Position numbers and translations under genes: made by a program. From Lingula anatina (lineage: Eukaryota > Animalia > Brachiopoda), in NCBI GenBank assembly GCA_051362555.1, contig CM120648.1:4274587-4338586 (forward strand): 64,000 nucleotides of DNA. Direction: 5' to 3'. This document shows positions 38,544 through 51,000 of the stretch, one piece after another. Within the stretch, counting starts at the first letter, position 1; every line of letters starts with the position of its first letter. The notes under the pieces were generated by a model. The model saw only the letters and a program-made list of their open reading frames with translations. It was not told the DNA's origin and searched no databases.

Positions 38544-40513
38544 CTTGCAGACCTCCATCATGGCAGTGGAGTTTGATGGAGGTGTAGTTATTGGGGCAGA
38601 TTCTAGGACAACAACTGGGTGAGTAATAATTACAGTCAGATGTCCTGCTGACACTAAAATTTATGTGTTTGTGTCCCTGTTTATGTTAGAGATGTACTAA
38701 CTCATGAAATGTAAAGATTTATGTTCTAGTAACCTCACCTCCCCAAGTCCCACAATTCTATAAAGTCAGTTAAGCTATTTTCTTGTAATAAGGGTAAGAT
38801 CCATCTGTTTGTATGACAACAATCACGTTACAACCTGAAGCATTTAATGAAAATCATTAAATGTTCCAATTTAAAAAATAAATAATGTCTGAAAATGTTC
38901 TTTTCCTTTCTCAGAGCCTACATTGCTAACAGAGTGACCGACAAATTAACCAAAGTGACAGACCACATCTACTGCTGTCGTTCAGGGTCGGCAGCGGACA
39001 CTCAGGCCATCGCAGACCTTGTAAACTACCATCTGAACTTCCATCAGTGAGTGACTCGGGGTCCCTTTTTGTAATGTTTTAACATGTGCAAATGCAGATT
39101 AGAATGAGCTTTTTGGGTGTCTTTTCAGTATCTTCTTATATATTGTACCATGTTAGAGAACAAGAAACAAATAGATAAAATTATTTTTGGTCTTAAAGTT
39201 AAGAAGATTAATTTAGAAGAATAATCAACTGAATAAACATACCAATAAATAAATAATTAAATAGACCAATAGATAAAAGATGTAAAATAGCCTGTGCAAT
39301 GACTTATACCAATATAATTCCAGGATGGAGCTGGGTGAGGAGCCATTAGTAAAGACAGCAGCCACCAAGTTCAAAGACTTCTGCTATTACAACAGAGACC
39401 AACTGTCTGCTGGGATCATAGTGGCAGGCTGGGATAAACTGAAAGGAGGACAGGTATAACCCTCTGGAAATGACATTTGAATAGGGTGAAGTAAGAATTA
39501 ATAGATAAAAAAAAGGGAAAGAGATATGTTTGTAATTAAAAAATTCCACCCTTTTGCAAAGAGACATGTATGATATTTATCACATGACATATATATTATA
39601 TATTGGTTGATCATGATGGTGAACATTTTGTCTTGCTCTGTAACTTGGTGTCAGAAGTGAAAGGCAGCTATTGATGCATAATTAGTACCAGTTATTCATG
39701 TATTTATTTCCAAATGTGCTATATAACCTAGTTAGTCATTCACTGAGAGATAGAAGTCTTATCTGGGAATCTGGATATTTGGGTGTGTGTTTATATACAG
39801 CACCCTCCCCCCACATAGAGCTGGGTGCTTTTGGCACTTGTTTTTACATATCACCTCTGCATTCATATAGTATTATTTATCATAAATGATCAATTTATTT
39901 CCAGGTGTATTCCGTCCCCCTTGGTGGTATGTGTGTACGACAGCCATTCACTATTGGAGGTTCCGGCAGTACATATGTATATGGATATGTGGACAGTACG
40001 TTCAAGAAAGGCATGACAAAGGAGGAGTGCCTGGACTTCACTGCTAGAAGTAAGTGCTATCTGGGTTAGGACATTAAATGCAATACTTTCACTATTACTA
40101 GTAGGTGTAATGTGTTAAAGATCAGTTTTGGGTTTATCAGTTGGCTGGTCATTTATAATATTAAACCAATATGTTTTTTTCATGTGCACACAGCATTGGA
40201 TTAAGTCGAGTTCATTATAATATATATAAGTTTTACTGCCCTGACTTAAGCCATGACCAAAACTTTGACAGGGGAGAGTAATGACCTAATGATTGTTAAA
40301 GAGGCAGCTCAGTATGAGTCTGACTTATTAATAACTACTAAGTAATACTTGTAAATATTCCTTCTCTGTCCAGCCCTGACTCTAGCCATGCACAGAGACG
40401 GGTCCAGTGGAGGTGTAGTACGACTAGCAGCTATCTCAGAGGCAGGAGTGGAGAAAAAACTTATCAAGGGAAACGAATTACCTAACCTCATGCACGAGTT
40501 TGACTACCAGTAA
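38025..40513 (+). CDS. PSMB6: Proteasome subunit beta type-6 (beta-1); exons 38025-38120, 38551-38618, 38915-39046, 39324-39453, 39905-40049, 40374-40513 (~236 aa)
   Basis: Propeptide ..EHSTG|[65 protein letters not shown]; catalytic Thr1 present. Confidence 0.97.
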
Positions 40514-42571
40514 ACAGTAACACTGATGGACAATATAGAATGGATGTTTGTGTCCTGTTAAATGGAATAGAAACCGCCTGCAAACCATTCTCAATACAGT
40601 TGGTCGTGTGTACTGAAATGTAAGAAAATGAGATAAGAAGTTTGCATTTATAAGTTCCAAGTGTCAACAAAGGCAGATATTGAGCATTCTGATTTCTCAA
40701 AGTGTGAAATCTGGATTTGATTGTAATCTATATGAAGTAATGGCAAAAGCAGTTGAAGGTGTAGATTCACGTTGTCTCATTGAGATTCTATGAAGACAGC
40801 GAGGAAATACAGACACATTGTCAAGTTTTATTAAGGACTGTACTTCATGCAGAATGATCCTGATGGAACGATCTCACAGGCAAGTTAAGTGTGGGGTTTA
40901 ATAGAATGGTAATTTGTCATCTGTGCAGGAACGCAATAATGATGTTCCTATTGTTGTAATTTTGGGCAAATTTGAAGTTTTTCTCTGTCCAAGTCCATCA
41001 GAAAGTATACAAGGGACAACAGGGATACTGTCTGAAAGAAGACTATTTTGGTGATTAATGTAATGGTGAATTAATATAAATCTGAGTGCTAGAGTTCTCT
41101 CTATTCATTCAGGAAAATATATTGAATTTGTCAGAGTAACTGAGTTGTGTTTTCTTTGTAAATTAACTTTTTTAGACAACAGTTATTTTCAACTGATTGG
41201 ACTTGATTTTAATCTTAGGCTAATGTAAATTGTATTTTGTTATCAGCAATTAAAGTTCTGTACCTTGCTTCATTTCAAAAGTCGTATACATAGATGAAAC
41301 AAATATTACATTTCTTTTTTGCTCCTTTTGTGCTTTCAAGAGTCTTTAGGATAAAATGGGAGGATCATCACAGTTCAAATTATGTGACACAAACAAAAAT
41401 GTAACATCGCTATATTTTCATCAAAAATAATTTCTGTCAACAATCATTGTGTGATAGAATTGCATAGATAATAAAGATAACAGAGATCAATTATAAATGA
41501 AAAAAAAAATGTCTAAATCAAAAAGGACCCTTAAAATCTCAAAATGCATAGATTAAATAAGTACGATTTCTTCATGATTTTCACATACAGACCCCTTCAA
41601 CAGATGAGTCTCCTTACAAGCTGTTCAACATTTTTTAAACCTTTTTTCCCCTCTAGAAAATGTTGATTTTTTCTATTCCATTCAGCAGAAAGTCGTGTGA
41701 CCAATTGCTCCTCACCTTTACTCTCTTGCAAAAAATATGTGAGAAAAAGAGTGCCAAAAGTTGAAAATAATTGGACAATTAATTTTGTAGACAAAATCAC
41801 GTGAAATGACTCTTAAAGTAACACTAAAATGATCAGAAATGACTTTAAAGTACAAAACATGAAAGGTTGGTGCACTATTTTGCACAAAAGGTACATTCAT
41901 GCCTCTGAAAAATATTACAAAACGTTACATAAAACTTAGCTCTTGTGAAAAAAAAATTGATTAGTTATTTGATAATTACTAGGTCAATACTGGTAATGCT
42001 AAAGCTGAACAAAATGACCAAGCTTGTTGCAAAACGAGTGCATCTGACCATTAAGTTTTGATAATTACATCTTAAATCCACTGTCCATATTTGGCTTTGG
42101 TACATACACATATTGGCAACAAGGGTGTGGAATGTATGTCCAGTCAATGACAAAAGGTGTGGTCTACACATTATCAGAGGAGGTATGACAGTCTGTGCCA
42201 CAGACAAATTAATCTCCTGGTCCATCGGACCATCAGGGTCTACAAACCTGGTGGCCCCAGGCATTTGTAAACAGTGAGCAGTAACGGCAAATGCGTACAA
42301 AAAATTTCACTAGCTTGACTTCAATTTTACTGGCATTTGGCACAGGACCACTGTGGCAGATTGTTAAGGGTGAACTATAAATGCATATGAAGAAAATTTT
42401 TGATTTAGAACCTGAAAATCGATTGTGGCTAATCCTCAATCTACATGCTTCCAGAAGCAGGTGTCAAGGGATTTATAAGGGATTTGGCTGTTCTGACACA
42501 AGTGGTTGGTTTATCACATCATCACTGTGTTATCACAATGATACCACTTTAACATACCAATGCCATGGTGA

Positions 42572-44136
42572 CTAATCTTCAGGTATGGGGGTATTACAGT
42601 TACCATGGTAAACATAAATGGGTCCCTCACATTTAAAGTAGAGATCAAACACACTCTCATAACCCTTATCTCTCCAGTACTCGCACAACTGACGGTTCCA
42701 ATTACATGGAAGCACATAGAACAATTCTTCATGTTCTATACTAATTAGAGTGAAAAAATCCTGATCACCTAAATGACCTTTAAAGCTGTATTTTTTTGTC
42801 TGCTCTTCAAGCACCTGTTCGTTGATGAGTGAGTTGTAATGTTTAGAGTTCTGCATTCGATGTAAGTCTAGCAACAGGACACCGCTGTTGAAACCAGGCA
42901 GGCCTTTAGGGGGAGGGTCCCCGATGCGTGTGCTGGGATTTTCCTGGCGATACTTCCAGAATGTGTGTCTGTAAACGGGCTGTCCCTCGTAAGCAATGCC
43001 AATGACATTGTGTTCTTTGAAGTCATTGAATTTTTGGTAGAGTTTGGCAATATCTTCCCTGAACTTGAGGTCAGCATCCAGCATTATCACTCTGTGCATT
43101 GTCTCTGGCACAACCCTGAAATATTATATCATGGCACATGGAATAGTTTTCATATCAAAATGACACTGAGTTTAGTTAAATATTATTCATCAAACTTACT
43201 ATATGTTAAGGCATATGAAATCATTCCAATATCAAAATGACAGGTTATGATTTTAAAAAATTATTCTGTAGTGTCACTTTCACAACCATTTTAATTGTTT
43301 ACTTTGCTGTTTATTAGTTTTTATATGATTTACATCAACTCTTAATGGTAAATACTGATAAAGAAGCAACAATTATATCTGCACATTCATACGGCAAAAT
43401 ACATTAAAATATTATTGTACACAAGAATCAATAATTTGGATTTATTAAATTGAATTTTGTAAATACACCTGTATCATTTGACATAAACTTAGTTAAATAT
43501 TTTTGTTTTTTATAACTTAAAGACTAGTCAGCTAACTGTTAAACCACCATTATATACTATAATTACCTATGTATAGCTGCAGAGAGGAAAAAGAGACTGT
43601 CGCTGTAATAAGACCCTGGCTTGTAACTGAAATATTTCTGCATAGGCAGCACTATACTGTGTAATTCTTTGGCCATAGTATCAATATCAAGATGAACAAC
43701 CTGAAATAACAAAGTCATATCATTATAATATCTTGACAAGACAATAAAATGATAAATGTTGACTAGGATAAGGACAAGAGGTTGATATAATATCAGGCAT
43801 TATCTCTTTTTGTCCTTGCCTTGTTACTCCCCCACACTGTTAGTCCCCTAGCAAAATAATATTACAGGCCTGTAAACCGCGCCTCCCCCCCCCCCCCACA
43901 CACACACACACACACAACCACACACATGGATAGTACTCTGCACCATTGCTCCCGTTCATCAATTTTTGAATTACAATTGGAAAATTTGTCATTTTTGAGC
44001 CACACAAGGGTATCATTTGACAAAAAGGGGGTGGCAGGGTGTAACGATATGTGGGTACGTAAAGAAATGTACTGAACATTCTATTTCTGAAATAGGTTTG
44101 CAGCCACTGAATTTCACTGCAATATTGTCACAGCTG

Positions 44137-44193
<57 letters not shown>

Positions 44194-44686
44194 AAGAGGA
44201 AGAGGAGGAGGAGAAGGAGAAGGAAGCACGCACCCGGTGTTTCGCTGCGGTACCAGAGTCCACCTCACTAAGTATCTTCTCAGCTATTTTCTGGCTGTCC
44301 TTGTCTCCAATTATATGGAACGCCAACATGACACTGGAATGCTTCAGCAAGGAGGCAACACAGCGACGAAATTTATCTGCAAGTTGCCAGTTATCTTTGG
44401 CTTTTGTGAACGTAATTATAACGTCTATCTCTTCGGGGACAGAGAATTCTAACTCGGCGTCTTCTGCTGAAGGGGTCTCTAAAGGCTGACCGTCAGGCTT
44501 ATGCAGCTGATCTTTGCGATTTTCAAGTCGATCGGAACGATAGAACTGCTCGCTGTCGGTCGTAAATGTTCCGGGGAACAGTAATTTGTTGTATATTAAG
44601 ATGACCAAAACTACAGAGAGAACTCCCAAGAATATGAAAATGTTTTGTGATGTAAACAACCGGCGCATCCCTCCACGTGGCGCCAT
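42572..44686 (-). CDS. XXYLT1: Xyloside xylosyltransferase 1 (GT8); exons 44686-44234, 43700-43567, 43115-42572 (~376 aa)
   Basis: Type II TM anchor, YYSDSLFFLS, LDADL (DxD), QPVYRHTFW.YR.ENP.TRIGDPPP.GLPGFNSGVLLL, GHLGDQDFFT, WNRQLC, YHGNCNTPIPED*. Confidence 0.96.
44137..44225. repeat. Compound (GT)n(GA)n(G)n(GGA)n repeat next to the XXYLT1 exon 1 donor
   Basis: Directly visible. Confidence 0.9.
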
Positions 44687-45216
44687 GATGTAAATAAATC
44701 TTGTCCTCACGTGAGATTTTGCGTGATTGACCTTTCCTTCCTTAGAGGCCGAATGCGGAATTCCCTATACAACTAAACGCAAGTAAGAGTTATTTTAAAA
44801 GATCTGTTACCGCCCACCAAAGCATTCTTTATTATATATTTAACAGATATATTGCATAATGACCGTTATTAAGGATAACGTGGCTTTAAATGTATCTCTT
44901 GAAGTAGAACCTCCTACTGATATTTCCTCCTGTTTACTTTCTGGAAGTTAATACGGTGAAAGTTTACTTAGTCTTTGGAAACAAGTGGTAGCTAAGTTAG
45001 TGAAAAGCTGAAATAGCAAGATACGGCGCATTCTCCATTCTCAGTTTTCCAGTAATGTTAAAGTAAATGATTTTATCCATTAACAATTAAATCATATATT
45101 TCAGGTCAGCTAAAAAGAAATCTAGGAAGTGATGTGCAATCAGGCCATGAGCCAGCTAGCTTATCCCTGGTAAAAAAAACTTAAATAATATATAGAATTC
45201 TCAGTGGCAGCCCAGT

Positions 45217-47940
45217 ATGGATAAGTTTCATCGTGACCAGATTCGTAAGAATCGACTTGCCCTGATTCAAGACATGGAACCAGGGCCAGTTGCAGATTAT
45301 TTGGTCCAGGAAGGAGTTCTTACTGATGCCATGTTGGAAGATATAGAGGTATATAAGGGCTCATTTCCAGTGAGACTATTGTTCTACATAGATCACTTCA
45401 ACTTTGTGGGGACTCTTGCTGAATGCAAGCAAATCAAAATGCTTTCTCCTGATGTTGAGTAGAATACGGAAAAGTGGTGATTATTCGAGAATGTAGGAAA
45501 CAAGGGGGGGGGGGGTAATCTGATTTCATTCAGTAAGAATCCCAACAGAGTAGAATCAATCTATATACTGTAGACTAATAGTTTCATTAGGTATGTTTTA
45601 AAAATGACTAATAAGTAGTTTATCTACAAACTGATGCAATACAAAAAACTACTGCTCTAAGTGAAAAAGGCTTTAATCCGGACCATGATGCTGAACTTTA
45701 AATTACGGTAAAGTCTTGAAAATTTCGTCGCTTAAAAATTAATTAATATTTTTAATTGTGTAAATCCGACTAATTTTTCAAAATTACCTCTCCCCGACTC
45801 CTGGGTATGACGAAATTTTCAAAAATCCGGCCTTTGGGCTTTTATCCTTAGCGACTGTTATCTTTGACCCTCCTATATTGTGGGATATTTAAAACTACTT
45901 CCTAAGTCGTTTTCTGGTGGTAAATAATAATATATTTATTACTGCATCTCGATTAAGTTAAATTTAACTTACTGTACCCGAAAATGTGTTGAGAATTATC
46001 TTCTCGGTAAGAAACATACCTCTTGATAGAGGAGAAGGATCAAGATAAGCTTAATTGCCTCCTTGCATTATAACCTGGCCGCGACATATTTAAAAAAAAT
46101 TATGCACTTGGCAACGTTTGTTGCATGCAGGGCTTTTCCCAGGATTGAATGTCAGGCCTTCTAAAAGTACCATCTGTAACTTCCTAAAAATTTACAGGGA
46201 GTTAAAATAATTGCTCCCGCAGACGATCTTCCGCAATTTAAGTTTCTTGAACTTATATGAAAACTGAACGATCTCCCGATGATGATATGAAAATTGCCTT
46301 TTCGTCTCGCTCGGATCGCGAACGATCTCCCTCTGACGATCTTACGCGAACAAAGACCTGGCGATATATTACGCAAACGATTCTTCGCCGAAGATACATG
46401 TATGCCGTGAGCGGGGAAGGGGGGGGGTTAAAGATGAAATTAAAAATATATATTATTTATAATATTCAAAGGGGAGGGGGGGTTAAAATAATGATCTCCC
46501 GCTGACGATCGTTTGCAAACTAAGTTCCTTGAACTAATATGAAAACTGCATTTTATTATTGCTTACATCGCGAACAATCTCCCGACGATGATATGAAAAT
46601 TGCCTTTACGTCAAGCTAGGATCGCGAACGATCTCCCTCTGATATGATCTTACGCGAACAAAGTCCTGAGGATATTACGTGAACGATTCTCCGCCGAATA
46701 TATACCGTGAGCGGGGGAGGGGGGGCTGTTTAAAGATAAAATGAAAAAGATATTTTTTTAAATCCAAAGTGTGTGTGTCTGGGGTCTGGGGGGGGGGGGA
46801 AGAGTGAAATAATGATCTCTCGTTGACGATCTTCCGTTAACGAAGTTCCCTAAATCCCTTGAACTAATATAAAAATTGCATTTCATTCTTGCTTACATCG
46901 CAAACGATCCCGCGATGATTATCTTACGCGAACGATTCTCCGCCGAAGATATGCCATGAGCGGGGAAGGGGGGGGGGGTTAAGATAAAATGAAAATATAT
47001 ATATTATTTATTAAATTCAAAGGGGGGGGGTTAGAATAGTGATCTCCCGCTGACGATCTTTTGCAAACTAAGTTCCTTGCACTAATTTGAAAATTGCATT
47101 TCATTCTTGCTTACATCGCGAACGATCTCCCGATGATGACATGAAAATTGCCTTTTCGTCTCGCTCGGATCGCAAACGATCTCCCGCTGATGATCTTACG
47201 CGAACGGAGTCTGCTATAAATATGAAAATTTTCTTCTTGTCTCGTTTGGATCGCGAACGATCTGTTGACAATATTACGCGAAAGATTCTCTGCTGAAGCT
47301 ATGAAAATTGCTATCTCGTCCCATTCGCATTGCGAACGATCTCCATGGATGAGCCAGGTAATTGTTAAATGGTCCTAAATTGAACATGGACATGAATAGA
47401 AGTGACGGGTACATTTCCCTTCGAGATTATATCTTGATTTTTCATTGTGTCTTCCTCATTTAGGACAGCCGCCGATAACAATAACGGCGTTACAAATGAC
47501 AAAGCCGCGGCCTGTGACTTTTATTTGCCGGCTTGATAACGCACCTTGAGCCAGGTAATAGTAATGAAACTAATTAGACAAAAGGCCGATGTTCCCGCAA
47601 TTAAGAACGGGGATTCACATCTTAACCACTTATATTGTGAATAACCGCTCGCAGGGGCGCACTATTGTTCCTATCTCCCATTGAGAGTGTTATGGCAATG
47701 ATATCCTGATCGTATCATTGTCTTGAATCAACTGACGCATTACCTTCATGTTTGAGCTGGACAACGCGGCCATATTTGGTGACGAACTTTTCAAAAATTA
47801 TTGAGTACCTCATTTTCAAGGTCGACGAAGTTTTCAAGGGGAAAAAAATTACCTCGGCGGAAAATCGTCTGCCGACGAAATTTTCAAGACTTTACCGTAA
47901 TACTGTGTACAGTTGAATCATGGGAGACAGTTGGAGTGAT

Positions 47941-48015
<75 letters not shown>

Positions 48016-51000
48016 TGTTGGTATAATAGATGTTCTGCAGACATTTTGTTCCGAAGCTTAAGGTTAATAATCAACATTTCACTCCTGTGAAGTGGTTTTG
48101 ATTCAAATGTTTCTGTCCATGAGCTGAAATGAGCACATTCACATACCAGTACCAGTACACACTTAGCAATACAATTACTTAACCGATATGATTCAGTCCT
48201 TTATTCGTTAACATTCAGGCTGCAAGGACAAGGAGAGATAAAGTGTCCAAGATTTTGGATGATATTCCCAGAAGAGGGCCTGGTGCATTTGAACACTTTT
48301 ATAATGGGCTTATTGAGACAGGTGGGTAATCCCTCTGTGTCTCTGGGATAAAATCTTTGATTTGGTTACTAGTATTAGGAAAAGATATTAGATATGCACC
48401 AAAAAAGTCCTACACCTGTAGGCACTGAATTAGTAGGAGGGTGATTTTTTTTATTTATTTTTTTTTTTTTTGTTAATTTGTGTCAGGGTCTTTTCTTAGT
48501 TAGAACTGTAAAAATGTTAAATGTGTGTGTACGTGCGTGTGTATGTGTGTGTCTGATAGATTAGACGATGACTTAGGATATTTGATTATTTTTAGTAATA
48601 TGAAACTCATTAAAACTCTTTCACTTCATTGCCCATATTTCTTACAAAATAAACTCCTGTTACTCCACTGTTTAGGAAATAAAACATATCCGTAAATAAC
48701 ATAGTTTTTAGTGAACGAGAACTCCACTTGTTAAAACGGTAACAAAAACATCTTTCTGTCGTTAGATCAACCGCACCTTGCAGACCTTATATGGCCGGAT
48801 CGTTTGTCACAAACTCGTGCTAAAAGTGCAGGCCGCAGATCTCTGATAGCACAAGCATCTGAGGATAGAGATGATGAAGACGATGATGATAAACTCCCTG
48901 AAAGTCAGTAAATGTATCTCTGTTACTGTGGACTCATATTATACCTGTGGCAGATAACACATGTGGCCACGCTTCTGTTTTTCTGCATTTTATTGACCAT
49001 AGTCCAGATTGCTTTTTGTTTATGATTTCTTACTCTGCTATACAAAATCTTGTAAAAATGAGATAGAATTATATCTGTATTAAAGTACTTGTAACTATAT
49101 TATGAATCTAATTGATATGCCCATGTTTTTAGTGATCTGTGTAATAAAAGTTATGAAGTTTCACTAGTACAATTGCATGTCCTATAATGTGCCTTGTATA
49201 TTATTTAGTAATACAGTCTCTTAATTCTTTATATGAAGTAGCTTAGAAAGGGTATTAATGTAAACACATTTATTTTCTCAATAAATTATGATTATTTCTC
49301 CCTCACAATCTTACAGAATTTCCAACTGCAGACATAGCAGACTTTAGTGTGATAGACAAACTTATAGATGTAAAGGATCCTGAACTGAAGGCCTTGCTGA
49401 CTAACCCTAAAGAGGTATGTAGGCTGAGAACTGAGAAGAAGCACCAAGCTTTAAGCCCATGGCTTAAATTCTATCGTGTCAAGTCATTGAAATATTCAAC
49501 ATAGCAGTTAACATTCAGGGGACTAAGAAAAGGACAGTTCTTTTTTTTCCATTTGAAGTTTCAGACATTAAGAAGTACTGAAAATTGGTAATAAGTTCAG
49601 TACCCATTAACTGTAAGATAGATTTTTCAGAGAGAGAGAGAGAAATTTTGTTTTTAAACAAACTGACAGATAGGTACAATATTCATCAGTTGACTCTACT
49701 TTTGACATTGGCAACAAAGAAAGACTGCATGGTTTTTAAATTGTCAATACATCTCTGATTTGGGTAACATTTAGCTCTTTACATGTGTTATTATCCATTT
49801 TGTGTGCCAGATCCATGCAACTGGTGATACACATACTTTTGCTGTGTTTTAATTTTTAGAGTACCTATAAAAACTTCTCCCAGCCCAAGGGGAGAGCTGT
49901 GATCATCAACAATGTGCTGTTTGGTGGCGATAAGGATAGGAAAGGCTCGGAGAAGGATGCCACACAACTACAGCGACTGTTTGAGAAATTGAATTATAAA
50001 GTTGTTCTTCACTCTAACTTGACTGCTGAGGTAGGGTTATGGTTATAAACATATATTAATTTTTTTATTAAGATGAGTGGTCTTCAGTAGCATACAGTCT
50101 TGACGTAAGATGTTTTCATAATTTTACATTTTTTTTTTACTTTGAAGAAAATGCTGGGAATGTTGAAGGAGGAGTCTAAGAACTCAGACCATGCCAGGCA
50201 CCATTCCTTCATCCTAATCATCCTCAGTCATGGTGCCAATGATGTCGTTTATGGAACAGACTGGAAGAAATTGTCCATTCCTGTTATAACTGATATTTTC
50301 AATGGGAAGAACTGCCCATTCCTTGTGGACAAACCAAAATTGTTCTTTATTCAAGCTTGTCAAGGAGGTGAGTTTTTAAAATGACCAGTGTTATAATGAT
50401 AATGATATATGATGCAGTTTTTATATATAACCAAATGTGATGTCCTAAATTTTTTCTAAAATGGAATGAGTACCTAGATTGTCATATTGGAAAAATTTAA
50501 AAGCTATATTATTCTTTAACCCTCAATCACCTTTCAGGGGCCTCGCAGGCCCGGACCCATGTATCTTTTGCTCTCTCTTTGTTCGCATGAGGTTTTGAGC
50601 CTGTTCCTTTCATGTAATCCTCAAGCAACTTATACTCCATCAATGGATAAATAATTAGTTTTGAAATAATTTACAACATATGTAGAAATTAACTTTTCCA
50701 AAAGTTAGTCCCATTTCCTGGAAACCGGGCCTCTGAGGCCCGGTCGCTTGATAATTTTACTTCCACATGGGATAAATAAGTCCATGTTACCTCAAATAGC
50801 TTTGCTATAAAATGTTTTACACAAGCAATATCACGTGTGCTATGACTATCAGTATGGTCAATGAAATCTGCCTGTGAAAGATTCAAGACCTGGAGAAATT
50901 ATTATTTATGAGTAATCGGTCACCTTGGTCACCTGATATGCAGATATCAGTTTAAATCTATCATTATTACATACCTGATAGACTGCACTACCTTTGCGAA

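Noticed and set aside
17773-40513. Profilin-like gene near PSMB6, recalling PFN1 and PSMB6 on human 17p13
   Set aside because: The profilin is highly divergent and orthology is not shown; a single loose pairing can be chance.
44114-44710. 198-aa ORF with a Ser/Leu/His low-complexity tail taken as the XXYLT1 N-terminus
   Set aside because: The tail is read-through into the intronic microsatellite past the donor at 44233; the ATG start is at 44686, not the upstream GTG.
46257-47296. RS/RD-rich ORFs (RSPDDDMKIAFSSRSDRERS)
   Set aside because: Translations of the satellite inside a TIR element; frames break between units and there is no splice support.
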